Assembly (NCBI GenBank): GCA_965203805.1
Contig: OZ241917.1
Span: 1,664,001 to 1,728,000 of the forward strand
From: Candidatus Latescibacterota bacterium
GTDB taxonomy: Bacteria; Latescibacterota; UBA2968; GCA-2709665
Direction: 5' to 3'
Length of the DNA stretch: 64,000 nucleotides
The translations under genes and the position numbers were made by a program. Numbering within the stretch: the first letter of the stretch is position 1; each line of letters begins with the position of its first letter. The notes beneath the pieces were generated by a model that saw only the letters and a program-made list of their open reading frames with translations, made no database searches and was not told where the DNA came from. This document shows, piece after piece, positions 35,720-45,588 of this stretch.

Positions 35720-37522
35720 CTAATCGTCGTCCGCGGGCGTGGGCGTCGGTTCGGGTTCGGGTTCGGGTTGAGCCACCTGGCCGTTTTCGGACGCGTGCTG
35801 CGGTATGAAGTCACTGGAAGCGCCCGGAACACTGTATTCGTACGGCCCCCGGTAGACCCTGGGCGTAACCGCGAAATTCCCGTGCGGCGGGGGCGTGGGC
35901 GTAGCCCACTCCAGGGTGGTGGCCTGCCAGGGATTGTCCGACTCGACCTTCTTCCCCTTCTTCATGCTCCAAAAGAAATTGACGATGAAGAATATCTGAG
36001 CCAGTCCCAGCAACCACGCGGACCAGGAACTCATCGCTGTCAGGCCCTGAACCTGCGCCCCGTAGGCGTACTGCGTCTGGTCGTAGAGCCGCCTCGAAAC
36101 CCCGGCCATTCCCACGAACAACATCGGCATGAACACGCCGTTCATAAAGATCAGGCTCGTCCAGAAATGCAGTTTGCCCAGCACATCGTTCATCATGCGG
36201 CCCGTTGCCTTGGGAAACCAGTAATAGATCCCGGCAAACAGCGCGAATATCGTACCCGGCGCCACCACATAGTGAAAATGACCGATCACGTAATAGGTAT
36301 CGTGCAGATGCAGGTCCGACGCCGTGAGGCCCAGCGGCAGCCCCGTCAACCCTCCGATGGCGAACATGGGAATGAACGCCAGGCAGAACAGCATAGGAAC
36401 TGAAAACCGGATGGACCCGCCGTGCAGGCTCAACGCGAACGCCGTCAGGATGATCACCGAAGGAATGGAGATGATCATGGTCGTGGCCTGGAAGAAGGTA
36501 CTAATGGTCGTTCCCATCCCCGTCATGAACATGTGGTGCGCCCAGACGATAAACGACATGAATCCGAGAAAGACAATCGAGTAGATCAGCGTGCGATACC
36601 CCCACAGCGGCCGGCGAGTGTTGTTTGCCACGATCTCGCCCACGATGCCCATAGCCGGAAGAATCAGCACATAGACTTCCGGATGCGCGAGAAACCAGAA
36701 CAGGTGCTGCCACAACAGCGGGCTGCCGCCGCCGCTCACGTCCAGCGCCTGTCCGGTGACGACGAGGCCGCTGGGCATGAAGAAGCTGGTCCCCGCGATC
36801 CGGTCCATGAGTTGCATCACTCCGGCGGCCTCGAGCGGCGGGAACGCCAGCAACAGCAGAAACGCCGTTACAAACTGCGCCCACACGAAGAACGGCAGCC
36901 GGAAAAAGTAAAGCCCCTCGGCCCTCATCTGTACCGTTGTGACGATGAAATTCACCGAGCCCAGCAGAGACGAGGTGATGAGGGCGACCATCCCCCACAG
37001 CCACCAGGTCTGCCCGGTGGGCGCGATAACGGCAAGCGGCGGATAGGATGTCCAGCCGGACTGTGCGGCGCCCTCGGGCACGAAAAAGCTGGCCAGCATA
37101 ATGACGCCGCCTACGAAGAACACCCAGTAACTCGCCATGTTGAGTTTCGGAAACGCCATATCCGGCGCGCCGATCTGGAGCGGCAGCACGTAGTTTCCGA
37201 AACCGCCGACGGCCAGCGGAACCACGCCCAGAAACACCATGATTGTCCCGTGCATGGCCCCGAGCTGGTTGTAGTATTCGGGAACCATGATGCCTTCCGG
37301 CATATTCACCGCGCTGAACAAGGTTCCTATCCAGGGCATCGGCTGTCCGGGATAAGCAAGCTGCCACCGCATCATCATCATCAGGCAGAAGCCGAATAGC
37401 AGGAAGAAAAGTGCGGATACGGCGTATTGGATCCCGATGACCTTGTGGTCCGTGGAAAACACGTACTTCTGCCAGAATGGCAACTCGTGATGTCCGTGAT
37501 CGCCGTGTGCATGCTCAGCCAT
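35720..37522 (-). CDS. ctaD: Cytochrome c oxidase subunit I (A1 type)
   Basis: TDHKVIG, HGTIM, HPEVY, VWAHHM, HFHY, RR. Confidence 0.97.
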   Translation of the reverse strand: MAEHAHGDHGHHELPFWQKYVFSTDHKVIGIQYAVSALFFLLFGFCLMMMMRWQLAYPGQPMPWIGTLFSAVNMPEGIMVPEYYNQLGAMHGTIMVFLGVVPLAVGGFGNYVLPLQIGAPDMAFPKLNMASYWVFFVGGVIMLASFFVPEGAAQSGWTSYPPLAVIAPTGQTWWLWGMVALITSSLLGSVNFIVTTVQMRAEGLYFFRLPFFVWAQFVTAFLLLLAFPPLEAAGVMQLMDRIAGTSFFMPSGLVVTGQALDVSGGGSPLLWQHLFWFLAHPEVYVLILPAMGIVGEIVANNTRRPLWGYRTLIYSIVFLGFMSFIVWAHHMFMTGMGTTISTFFQATTMIISIPSVIILTAFALSLHGGSIRFSVPMLFCLAFIPMFAIGGLTGLPLGLTASDLHLHDTYYVIGHFHYVVAPGTIFALFAGIYYWFPKATGRMMNDVLGKLHFWTSLIFMNGVFMPMLFVGMAGVSRRLYDQTQYAYGAQVQGLTAMSSWSAWLLGLAQIFFIVNFFWSMKKGKKVESDNPWQATTLEWATPTPPPHGNFAVTPRVYRGPYEYSVPGASSDFIPQHASENGQVAQPEPEPEPTPTPADDD

Positions 37523-37534
37523 AAACAAGGCTCC

Positions 37535-38305
37535 TTAAAAGGAAAATTCGTCCTCTTCGTCCGCCGCCCCGGACTGCTCATCGAACCAGACCCGGAAAGC
37601 CGCTTCCGACTCGACCGTCAATTGACCACGCATGCGATAGTGGCCCAACCCGCACAGCTGCGCGCAGGCGATGTCGAAGGTGCCGTTCTTCGTGGCCTCG
37701 AACCAGATCCTGATGTCCTGGCCGGGAATCGCGTCCTGCGTCAGCCGCAGTACCGGTATCTTGAAGCTGTGAATGACATCCTTCGAGGAGATGTGCGCAA
37801 TGACGGGCTTGTCTTTCACAATATGCAGATTGTTGATGGCATTGAAATCGTCTTTGCCGTCAGGGTCATCGGGGTCCAGCCCCAGCAGGTTGTCGGCGCT
37901 GACAAACTCAGGCGCCGTCCGTCCGAATTTCCCGTCTTTACCCGAGTAGTGGATGTTCCAGGCAAACTGCTCCGGTACCACCCGGACCACAAGCGCGTCG
38001 GACTCGTCGGGAAACGCGTGCTTGAAATCCGCCCAGAGCGGCATGGACAGCCCGACGAGCAGCACCGCCTCAACGACGATCACACCGTACTCCACGTACT
38101 TGGCGATCTTTCCCTTTATGGGATCGTAGGTCGCGTCCGGGTTCGCCCTTCTCCGATAGCGGACAAGACAATAGACGAAAAAGACGCCCCAGCCCAAAAA
38201 CAGCGCCACCATGAAGACATGCAGCCAATTGATCAGCCAATCCACGGTGGCGCCGTGGGTTGAGATGTCAATTGGCAGCCAGTAACCGTACACCTTTTCT
38301 TGCAT
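37535..38305 (-). CDS. ctaC: Cytochrome c oxidase subunit II
   Basis: Two TM helices; DVIHSF, CAQLCGLGHYRM CuA site. Confidence 0.95.
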   Translation of the reverse strand: MQEKVYGYWLPIDISTHGATVDWLINWLHVFMVALFLGWGVFFVYCLVRYRRRANPDATYDPIKGKIAKYVEYGVIVVEAVLLVGLSMPLWADFKHAFPDESDALVVRVVPEQFAWNIHYSGKDGKFGRTAPEFVSADNLLGLDPDDPDGKDDFNAINNLHIVKDKPVIAHISSKDVIHSFKIPVLRLTQDAIPGQDIRIWFEATKNGTFDIACAQLCGLGHYRMRGQLTVESEAAFRVWFDEQSGAADEEDEFSF

Positions 38306-38369
38306 TCGGGACCCCTCCCGTATTGTCGCGGTGCGGACCCGCCCGCGACGCCAGTCCGTCGCAACACGT

Positions 38370-39110
38370 TTATTTCTTCGGCTTTATCTTGAAAAGAAAG
38401 TCCACGGCCCTGGACTCGCCGTCGGCAACCGTAATCTCCTCCGTCATCGTGCCCAGGCGCTTGCTTTCGTGCCACGCCTCGATCGTGTAGGTGCCCGCGG
38501 GCAGACCGGCGATCTCAAATTTCCCTCCCTCGCCGCTGACGGCGAAGAACGGGTGTTCCATCACGCCGATATAGGACTGCATCCAGGGATGTACGTCGCA
38601 TTTCACCGGGACCATCACCTCGGGATTTGCAAACGAAATTGTGATCTTCTTCATGAACTTCGGCATGGCCTTGTTGATTTCGCGTGAGTTCTGCGGCTTC
38701 GGGTGGATGTTGTGCAGCGTGCCGTCGCTGTTGAGTACCGTGATCGGTTGCCCCGCCCTGACGCCCATAACGTGCGGTTTATAGATACAGCCCTGCTGGT
38801 CCAGAACGGCGGGCTCGGTCGGCGTGTCGAATTTCCTGCCCTCCAGACCCTTTTTTACGTAGACGAATACGTTGTGCAGACTGCCGTCGTCCTCAACCAC
38901 CACGACCTCGCTCAATGCCGGACCGGCGGTGTGCTTTCCCGCGCAGACCGGATCGGCAGCCATCTGGATTTTCTTTCGGCCCGGTTTCTTGCCCCCCGGA
39001 AATTCCAGTTTGATGGTTCCGGAAACCGTTGCTCCCGCCATCGCATCGCCCGACGCAAAACAGCCGAAACTCACCGCGATGATCGCTGCGATTGACCCAC
39101 GTCGCTTCAT
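38370..39110 (-). CDS. Secreted cupredoxin-like protein with carboxypeptidase-regulatory-like domain
   Basis: Signal peptide; LDQQGC.Y.PHV, HNIH, CDVHPWM, GLPAGTY..AWHE. Confidence 0.8.
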   Translation of the reverse strand: MKRRGSIAAIIAVSFGCFASGDAMAGATVSGTIKLEFPGGKKPGRKKIQMAADPVCAGKHTAGPALSEVVVVEDDGSLHNVFVYVKKGLEGRKFDTPTEPAVLDQQGCIYKPHVMGVRAGQPITVLNSDGTLHNIHPKPQNSREINKAMPKFMKKITISFANPEVMVPVKCDVHPWMQSYIGVMEHPFFAVSGEGGKFEIAGLPAGTYTIEAWHESKRLGTMTEEITVADGESRAVDFLFKIKPKK

Positions 39111-39222
39111 TTGTATCCCCTCTCTTCCGTTAACGTCTGCGACCGGCCCGTTGGACCGGACTAACCTGCGCCGGTTGACATACCCTCATTGTTTTCAATC
39201 GCGAAGATATCCGAAGTTCCAA

Positions 39223-42200
39223 CTAACGTCTGGTCAGACGGGCATCCTGGTGCAGGCCGTAGATGATGTAGTCGGTGAGTGCCTGAATAACCACGTCTGA
39301 GGGCAACTCGAGAAATTCGTCCGAGGGTTTGACCCCCTCCGGCAGCTTCAGATAGGCGGCCATTTCCTCCGGCAGGTAGGTCATTTCGTCGCCGAAGAAC
39401 GTAGGCATCTTGGTGCCCGGCTGGATCTTCTGCGGATCCCACAGCCAGTCCCGGATCCATGCCGGTTTCAGCCGCTCCCGCGCCAGCTTCAGGTCGGGCG
39501 CCCAGCTTGCCGGGTCGCCCGTAGGCTTGATATCGCCCTGCTGGTGGCAGGTGAAGCAGTTGTAAATGTCGGCGCTGAACAACTTCCTCGCGCCCGTGAT
39601 GTCTCTTGAACTCAACCGCTTATGCACAAACGTCGCATACGGGAACTGCTCCTTGTCCAGGCGGGAAAAATAGGTGACCAGGTCGATTGCTTGCTGGTCT
39701 TCGAAGCCGAACGAGGGCATTCGCACTTCGAGCCACGGACGGATGGGTTCCACGTTTTTCAGGAATGAGAAGAACCAGTCCGGCTGGACTTTTCTGCCCT
39801 CGCCGTTCAGTTCCGGCGGCACGAAACCCACGGCGTCGGCGGCGGAGACGTCCTCGGCGCCGTAAGCCTTCACCATCGGATCCCGGATTGCTCCGCCCTG
39901 GTGCTCCACAACGTGGCACCCTTTGCAGTTCCTGTCGTACACCAGCCAGCGGCCCTTCTCGATATCCACTTCATCCGGTGCGAGGCGTTTGATCGCGTCC
40001 GATCCCGCCTGGCTCCGGTTCAGGCTAAGCAGCGCCGTCGTCAACGCGTGCGCATCCTCGTCGCTCAGGCCGTACTGCGGCATACGCAGCTTGTCGTCGA
40101 ACAGTTTCACCTTGCCCTTGTCGAAAACACGGGGTTGCTTGAGCTTTTTGTAGAACCAGTCGTGACGCGTATAGGGAATGGCGTCCGGATCGGTGTTGTA
40201 GGAGCCCGGCTTTTTGGCCAGCAGGCCAAAGTCCAGCTTGTCGACGTCCTTGCTGCCTTGCTCGGTCAGTTCCGTTCCGATGGGCTGGGCATCTTCGAAT
40301 CCCGGAATGAGGTGGCATCCGAAGCAGCCCTGCCGGGAAATGATCTTCTCGCCCAGCCAGATATCCCGCTCATGGCTCGACATCCCGGCCAGTTGCTCCT
40401 TCGCGGTCTTCACGGGCAGCCTGCTTCGAAGATAGTTCAGTACCAGATCGTCGCGCACCTGCGTGTCCACTGCCGCCAGTTGTCGGGCTTCAAACTCCGT
40501 ATTTCGAAGGGTAAGCAGATATGCGGTAATGTCGGCAGCTTCCCGGTCTGTCAGCCGTAGATTCGGCATACGGGTGTCCGGGAAATAGGCCGTGGGATCC
40601 TTCAGCCATGCGAACAGCCACCCTGAAGACAGCTTGCTGCCCACGTCGTTCAGATTCGGGCCGAAGTTCCGGAGGCCGTATTCCTGGCCCAGCCGGTCGT
40701 CCGCGCCCACCGCGTGGCAGGCCTTGCAGCCCACCATTTCCACGAGGCGCTCGCCGCGGCCGGCATCGCCCTGCACCGGAGGCGCGGGGTAGCGGGGCCG
40801 CTCGGACTTGTCGAAGATATACGTCACGATGGCATTGACAGCAGCCGTATTGCGCGCGATATCCTCCGGACCGCTCACGTTGGCCAGATCGAAAATCTTG
40901 GGCATTTTGGTGGATGGCCGGAACCCCTTGGGATCACGCACCCACTTGATTGTCCAATCGCGTTCCAGCTTGCCTGCTGCCTTTCGCAGGTCGGGTCCGA
41001 CCCTTCGCCCGTCCTGCAGCGTATGTTTTGCTATCTTGTGGCACCCGTGGCAACCCAGCGTGCGAACGAGATGGATGCCGCGATTCAGGTTGTCCGCCTG
41101 CGGCACGTCCACAACGCCCGCGTGGCACTGCGCGCACGTGGATTCGACATATCGGCTGGGCAGCATCGGGTGGTCCCAGTATTTCATTTTCTTCCAGCCG
41201 TACAGTCTCTTCCAGCGAGCCGCCTCGACGTCGTCGCCCGGGGTATGGGCCGTATTCTTGAATGTGACGCCCCGGTCGCGCCCGAGATGACATGTCGTGC
41301 ATCCTGACTCGTCGATCGGATGCGGCGAGCCGCTGCTCAGGAAAAGGTCCAGTCTCGGATGCGTGGCGAATGCCCTGGTGCGGCCAAGCCGTACATCCTC
41401 ATCCGCGTGGACCGTTTCCATATACGCCCTGAGCTTCTCATCCTTGAACCAGCCGGTTTCCGGATCGAGTTCGTACCCCGGACGGTCGATGTTCACGTGG
41501 CACGTGGTGCACCGGTCCACCCGGGGAACCCGGGTAAAATTGAGTTCGTTTCTCAGATCGGCCAGAACAACCTGTCGGACTTTTATAGACGGATCGATAA
41601 AATCGACCATCGGCAGGTTTCGGAACACATTGGGGAAACTGGGCACGAGCCCCGTCAATTTTCGCCTCAGGTTGTCTTCATCCTTGCGCAGCGAGCGCCG
41701 CCTGGACGCCAGTGCCTGTCGCTTCCCGGCCACTTCATCGATGATCTTCTGCTGCGCCGCCTGTTTCTCCTCTACCGCCTCTTTGGCCAGCCGGAACTCG
41801 AATATCCGGCCTTCCATGGCCTCCATTTCGGCCTTTTTCTTCGCCGCGGTTTTCTCGTTCCCGGCTTTGGCCGCGTCTTCATACTCAAACTTCACCACGT
41901 CGTATTGCGCTTTTTCAAACTTGAGCCTCTGATCGGCGCCGTACCAATCGGCCTGCGTCAACCGTTTCAACTCACCGGTCGCCGCGTCGTATTGTTCCTG
42001 GTGCGCCTGGATTGCGGCCTGGATCCCGGCAAGTTCGTCCTCGATTGCCTTCAGTGCGTCCTGATCGACGTTCTCCTGCGCCAGCTTGATTTCCGCTTCG
42101 GTCTTGTAGGCCTCCAGCGCCATTGCTTCCTTTTGAAAATCCTTCCATTCCCGGTCGTAGTCGTCCCAGACCATCCAGAGCACGGCGAGAACCAGAACCA

Positions 42201-42276
42201 CGCTGGACACGGCGAAAATCATGTTCATTCTGTCTACATTGTAGACGAAATCTATGAAGCGCTTCGGCTCATTCAT
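39223..42276 (-). CDS. Membrane-anchored octaheme cytochrome c (bc-complex cytochrome c subunit)
   Basis: N-terminal TM, coiled coil, 8 CxxCH (CTTCH x2, CAQCH, CHGCH, CKACH, CFGCH, CKGCH, CFTCH), repeated GP.L / P.T.MP mono-heme modules. Confidence 0.92.
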   Translation of the reverse strand: MNEPKRFIDFVYNVDRMNMIFAVSSVVLVLAVLWMVWDDYDREWKDFQKEAMALEAYKTEAEIKLAQENVDQDALKAIEDELAGIQAAIQAHQEQYDAATGELKRLTQADWYGADQRLKFEKAQYDVVKFEYEDAAKAGNEKTAAKKKAEMEAMEGRIFEFRLAKEAVEEKQAAQQKIIDEVAGKRQALASRRRSLRKDEDNLRRKLTGLVPSFPNVFRNLPMVDFIDPSIKVRQVVLADLRNELNFTRVPRVDRCTTCHVNIDRPGYELDPETGWFKDEKLRAYMETVHADEDVRLGRTRAFATHPRLDLFLSSGSPHPIDESGCTTCHLGRDRGVTFKNTAHTPGDDVEAARWKRLYGWKKMKYWDHPMLPSRYVESTCAQCHAGVVDVPQADNLNRGIHLVRTLGCHGCHKIAKHTLQDGRRVGPDLRKAAGKLERDWTIKWVRDPKGFRPSTKMPKIFDLANVSGPEDIARNTAAVNAIVTYIFDKSERPRYPAPPVQGDAGRGERLVEMVGCKACHAVGADDRLGQEYGLRNFGPNLNDVGSKLSSGWLFAWLKDPTAYFPDTRMPNLRLTDREAADITAYLLTLRNTEFEARQLAAVDTQVRDDLVLNYLRSRLPVKTAKEQLAGMSSHERDIWLGEKIISRQGCFGCHLIPGFEDAQPIGTELTEQGSKDVDKLDFGLLAKKPGSYNTDPDAIPYTRHDWFYKKLKQPRVFDKGKVKLFDDKLRMPQYGLSDEDAHALTTALLSLNRSQAGSDAIKRLAPDEVDIEKGRWLVYDRNCKGCHVVEHQGGAIRDPMVKAYGAEDVSAADAVGFVPPELNGEGRKVQPDWFFSFLKNVEPIRPWLEVRMPSFGFEDQQAIDLVTYFSRLDKEQFPYATFVHKRLSSRDITGARKLFSADIYNCFTCHQQGDIKPTGDPASWAPDLKLARERLKPAWIRDWLWDPQKIQPGTKMPTFFGDEMTYLPEEMAAYLKLPEGVKPSDEFLELPSDVVIQALTDYIIYGLHQDARLTRR

Positions 42277-42380
42277 CGAACGGCTCCAGGGTGGCGGCGC
42301 CGGACCGTCGTTCCGCGTCCACCAACCCCTTCAAATCGCACACAGGATGCTGCAGCGGCGCCGGCAACAAGAGCGAACCC

Positions 42381-43457
42381 TCAGATATTGAAGAAATACT
42401 CAGGTATGGCGACGATGTATTTCAGGTTGAACAGCCAGCGCAGCAACATCTTGATGGGGAGGGCGACCATGCAGAGGAAGAAAAAGATCATCACGCTGTA
42501 GCGGGCGAATCCCATGTTCTTGTAGAATTCCTTGAACACCGTCTGCGCGAGCAATGGCGGCGGAACCAGAAAATACAGGATCACCAGCAGAAATCCCCAG
42601 ATCTCGCGCATCAACCAGAACGAAGGCAAACCCGTGCCCAGCCACTGGACGTAGATATATTCCGAAAGATTGACGTTGACAAGCGCTTCCAGCTTATGTA
42701 CGTCCCAGAATTCGTATGGGCCGAAGAAGTTCCAGTTCGGCCCGCGCAGGAACGTGCCGATCATGATCAGCACCACCCACAACACCACAAAACCGAACAG
42801 GAACACCGTAATGGCGAACCGGCGTTCCTTGAAGGTGTAGTAGCCCAGACCTTTGGGATTCCGATCGATAAACGGAATGGCCATGAGTCCCACAATCACG
42901 AGGGTTGGCAGAACAACCCCTGCGATCCACGGATCGTAATAGACCAGCATTTCCTGAAGTCCCAGGAAATACCATGGCGCCTTGGATGGATTAGGAGTCT
43001 TTGCGGGGTTGGCGGGCTCTTCGATAGGCGCTTTTATAAGTACGGACCAGAGAATCAGGAAGACAGTGGCCAGCGTCAGGCAGATCAACTCCGTGTACAC
43101 CAGGTGGGGCCAGGTGAGGACTTTTTCCTTGAATTCCGCTTTTTCAATCGGTCCTTCGCCCCTCGCGATGCGTTCGTCGTTGTCGTACCCCTGTTTCATG
43201 GCGTACCAGACAAAGAAACCCACCAGGAACAGCAGCATGACAATGGGGATATTGTCACCCTTCGTCACGATGATGCGAAAATTCTCATCCTGAAAACTAA
43301 CCAGGAAAAATACGATCGAGGCGATCAGGGCGGGCAGGCCGAAGCGGACCGTCCATACCCAGCGGGTCCGCAAAGCCAGAAAGAAGAGAATGGCAAACAA
43401 CGGCATGAAATATTCAGGCGTAAGAAGCCAATTGACGAAGCCTTTCAGAACGTCCAT
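42381..43457 (-). CDS. Cytochrome b C-terminal subunit (subunit IV-like) with extra TM helices
   Basis: WPHL, AP..EPANP..TPNPSKAPWYFLGLQE (PEWY-equivalent), PFIDRNP. Confidence 0.9.
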   Translation of the reverse strand: MDVLKGFVNWLLTPEYFMPLFAILFFLALRTRWVWTVRFGLPALIASIVFFLVSFQDENFRIIVTKGDNIPIVMLLFLVGFFVWYAMKQGYDNDERIARGEGPIEKAEFKEKVLTWPHLVYTELICLTLATVFLILWSVLIKAPIEEPANPAKTPNPSKAPWYFLGLQEMLVYYDPWIAGVVLPTLVIVGLMAIPFIDRNPKGLGYYTFKERRFAITVFLFGFVVLWVVLIMIGTFLRGPNWNFFGPYEFWDVHKLEALVNVNLSEYIYVQWLGTGLPSFWLMREIWGFLLVILYFLVPPPLLAQTVFKEFYKNMGFARYSVMIFFFLCMVALPIKMLLRWLFNLKYIVAIPEYFFNI

Positions 43458-43506
43458 CGTGTTCCTCGGTGAAACCCCGAATTTACAGCGTGGAGGCCGT
43501 TTCTAC

Positions 43507-44292
43507 CTACATTGGTCCCGATATCCCGCCGTCTTTCCGCACCCGCCAGAAGTGAACGGCCATCAACACAGCCGCCACGAACGGGATGAACAGACAATGC
43601 AGGACATAGAATCTGAGCAGCGCGCCCTCCCCGACAAAGCGGCCTCCCAGCAACGCGAATCGGGCATCGTCGCCGGCGTGAACCAGATTGATATCGCCAA
43701 GCATCAGGAACGCCGCTCCGGGCCCCTCGTGACCGAGGAAAGGGGTTGCGCGGGCCATATTCGACCCCACGGTAATGGCCCAGATGGCAAGCTGATCCCA
43801 GGGCAGAAGGTACCCGGTAAAGCTCAACAACAACGTCAGAAGAAGCAGAATGACCCCGATCGCCCAGTTGAATTCGCGGGGAGGCTTGTAAGACCCGGTC
43901 ATAAACACGCGCAACATATGGAGCCAGACCGTAATGATCATGGCGTGGGCGCCCCATCGGTGGATTTCCCGCATGATGCCCAGCGGCACCTGCTCGCCCA
44001 GGTCTATAATGTCGGTGTAAGCGTACTCCAGAGTGGGCCGGTAGTAAAACATCAGCAGAATGCCGGTGATGGTCTCAATGAGAAAAATAAAAAAGGTGAG
44101 CCCACCCATACACCAAGTGTAGCGCACCCTGATTCCCGATTTTGGCGTGCGCACAGGATGCAGATGCAGGAAAACATTGGTCAACACCACCTGCGCGCGC
44201 CCGCGTTCGTCTCTCGGTACGTCGTGCCGGAAGATGGACTTCCAGATCTGAGAGCGCTTGGTCCGGTCCAGGAGGCCGGAGATTTTCGGCAT
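43507..44292 (-). CDS. Cytochrome b N-terminal subunit (b6-like)
   Basis: [36 protein letters not shown]...[14 protein letters not shown]. Confidence 0.95.
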   Translation of the reverse strand: MPKISGLLDRTKRSQIWKSIFRHDVPRDERGRAQVVLTNVFLHLHPVRTPKSGIRVRYTWCMGGLTFFIFLIETITGILLMFYYRPTLEYAYTDIIDLGEQVPLGIMREIHRWGAHAMIITVWLHMLRVFMTGSYKPPREFNWAIGVILLLLTLLLSFTGYLLPWDQLAIWAITVGSNMARATPFLGHEGPGAAFLMLGDINLVHAGDDARFALLGGRFVGEGALLRFYVLHCLFIPFVAAVLMAVHFWRVRKDGGISGPM

Positions 44293-44378
44293 ACCGTATT
44301 CTCCCGATGGTACCGCAATGCTGAAGCAGTCGCCAAAATCGCGTTAAAGAGGATACCGCCGCCCGATTGCAGGCTTGA

Positions 44379-45329
44379 CTATATCCGCAGGAACGACTCC
44401 GGGTTGTCCCAGTGACCCTTCTCGTACAGGAATTTTCGGGTTTTGTCGACCAGCACCTGCCCGTCTTCGGCCAGTACGATGCGCGCCCTTTCCAGGGGGC
44501 GCGGCGCCGGACCCTCGAAGTTGATGCCCGACATGTAAAATCCGCTGCCGTGACACGGACATTTGAATTTCTGTTCGTTGCCCAGCCAGTTGGGGGTGCA
44601 GCCCAGATGCGTGCACACCGAAATGAGCGCGAACATGTCCTGCGTGGACTTGACGATCCAGACGCTGAACTTGTCCTTCCAGCGTTCATCCACGCCCAGG
44701 TCGTAATCTTCCGCGAACCCGATCTTGAAAGACTGGGGCGGCTCGAACAACACGTTCGGGAACAGAAAGCGCCCGAAACCCAGAAGCCCGGCCGCCGACG
44801 CGACCGCAAAGGACGCCCAGGCCAGGGTCAGCCAGGTGAAGAATCCGCGGCGGGTGGTCATGCCGCCTTCGGCGACGGCCTGCGTTCTCTCCGGGCCGGG
44901 ACGGATTGCGGGCGGCGCCGGAGACGTCTGAACGATCACACGCTCCTCGGCGGGCTCGTCGGTCTTCTGCGTTAACGCGCGAGCGGCGGCGGCCCGGTCC
45001 GCGGTGGATGCGGCTTTCCTGGCCGGCGGGCCGGACGGCGCCGGTTTTGCGCCGCCGCGAGCCTTGCGCATGAGTTCGGCCTTGGCCTTTGCGCGGGCAA
45101 CGCGGTCCTGGATCTCGTCCAGCGACGAAAGATCCACTTCGGCGGCGGCGGATTCGCCTCCCGATTCATCCGGGGCCTGCGAGGAAGCCTCGCCTGCCGG
45201 CGTCTCCCCGGACGCATCACCCGCGGCGGCCTCCCGGGCCTTGCGGAGCGCCTCCGCTTTGGCCTTGGCCCTGGCCACCCGATCCGGAATTTCGTCAAAT
45301 TCCGAAAGATCGATTTTTTCGTCCGACAT
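44379..45329 (-). CDS. Rieske 2Fe-2S subunit with long N-terminal extension
   Basis: Internal Tat motif TRRGFF plus TM helix, CTHLGC, CPCHGS, GPAPRPL. Confidence 0.95.
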   Translation of the reverse strand: MSDEKIDLSEFDEIPDRVARAKAKAEALRKAREAAAGDASGETPAGEASSQAPDESGGESAAAEVDLSSLDEIQDRVARAKAKAELMRKARGGAKPAPSGPPARKAASTADRAAAARALTQKTDEPAEERVIVQTSPAPPAIRPGPERTQAVAEGGMTTRRGFFTWLTLAWASFAVASAAGLLGFGRFLFPNVLFEPPQSFKIGFAEDYDLGVDERWKDKFSVWIVKSTQDMFALISVCTHLGCTPNWLGNEQKFKCPCHGSGFYMSGINFEGPAPRPLERARIVLAEDGQVLVDKTRKFLYEKGHWDNPESFLRI

Positions 45330-45385
45330 GGTGTTCCCCGGAAACCGGCCATGCGGTTTTTGGATCGGAAATCGTCAGATCTGAA

Positions 45386-45400
45386 TTATATATGATATAA
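45386..45400. promoter_or_regulatory. Palindromic candidate operator TTATAT-N3-ATATAA
   Basis: Perfect inverted repeat in an AT-rich patch between the promoter and the Rieske start. Confidence 0.4.
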
Positions 45401-45452
45401 GTTTATAAAATACCGGAAATTGCATCATTTACGGCCTGGAATACAACGGGCC

Positions 45453-45481
45453 AATATATCCAAACCACCCCGGAATGTCAA
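45453..45481 (-). promoter_or_regulatory. Sigma70-type promoter of the respiratory operon
   Basis: TTGACA-N17-TATATT on the minus strand. Confidence 0.75.
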
Positions 45482-45517
45482 GCGGGATTTTCTGCAGATT
45501 CGCACCTTCCGGGAGCC

Positions 45518-45561
45518 AAAGAAAAGGGGATCCGACAGGCGCCCCCGATGGCCGGATCCCT
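45518..45561 (-). terminator. Intrinsic terminator after the HEAT-repeat gene
   Basis: GGGATCCG...CGGATCCC stem followed by a TTTTCTTT tract on the minus strand. Confidence 0.65.
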
Positions 45562-45588
45562 CGCCGAAAATCCATCGGTTCAACCCGC

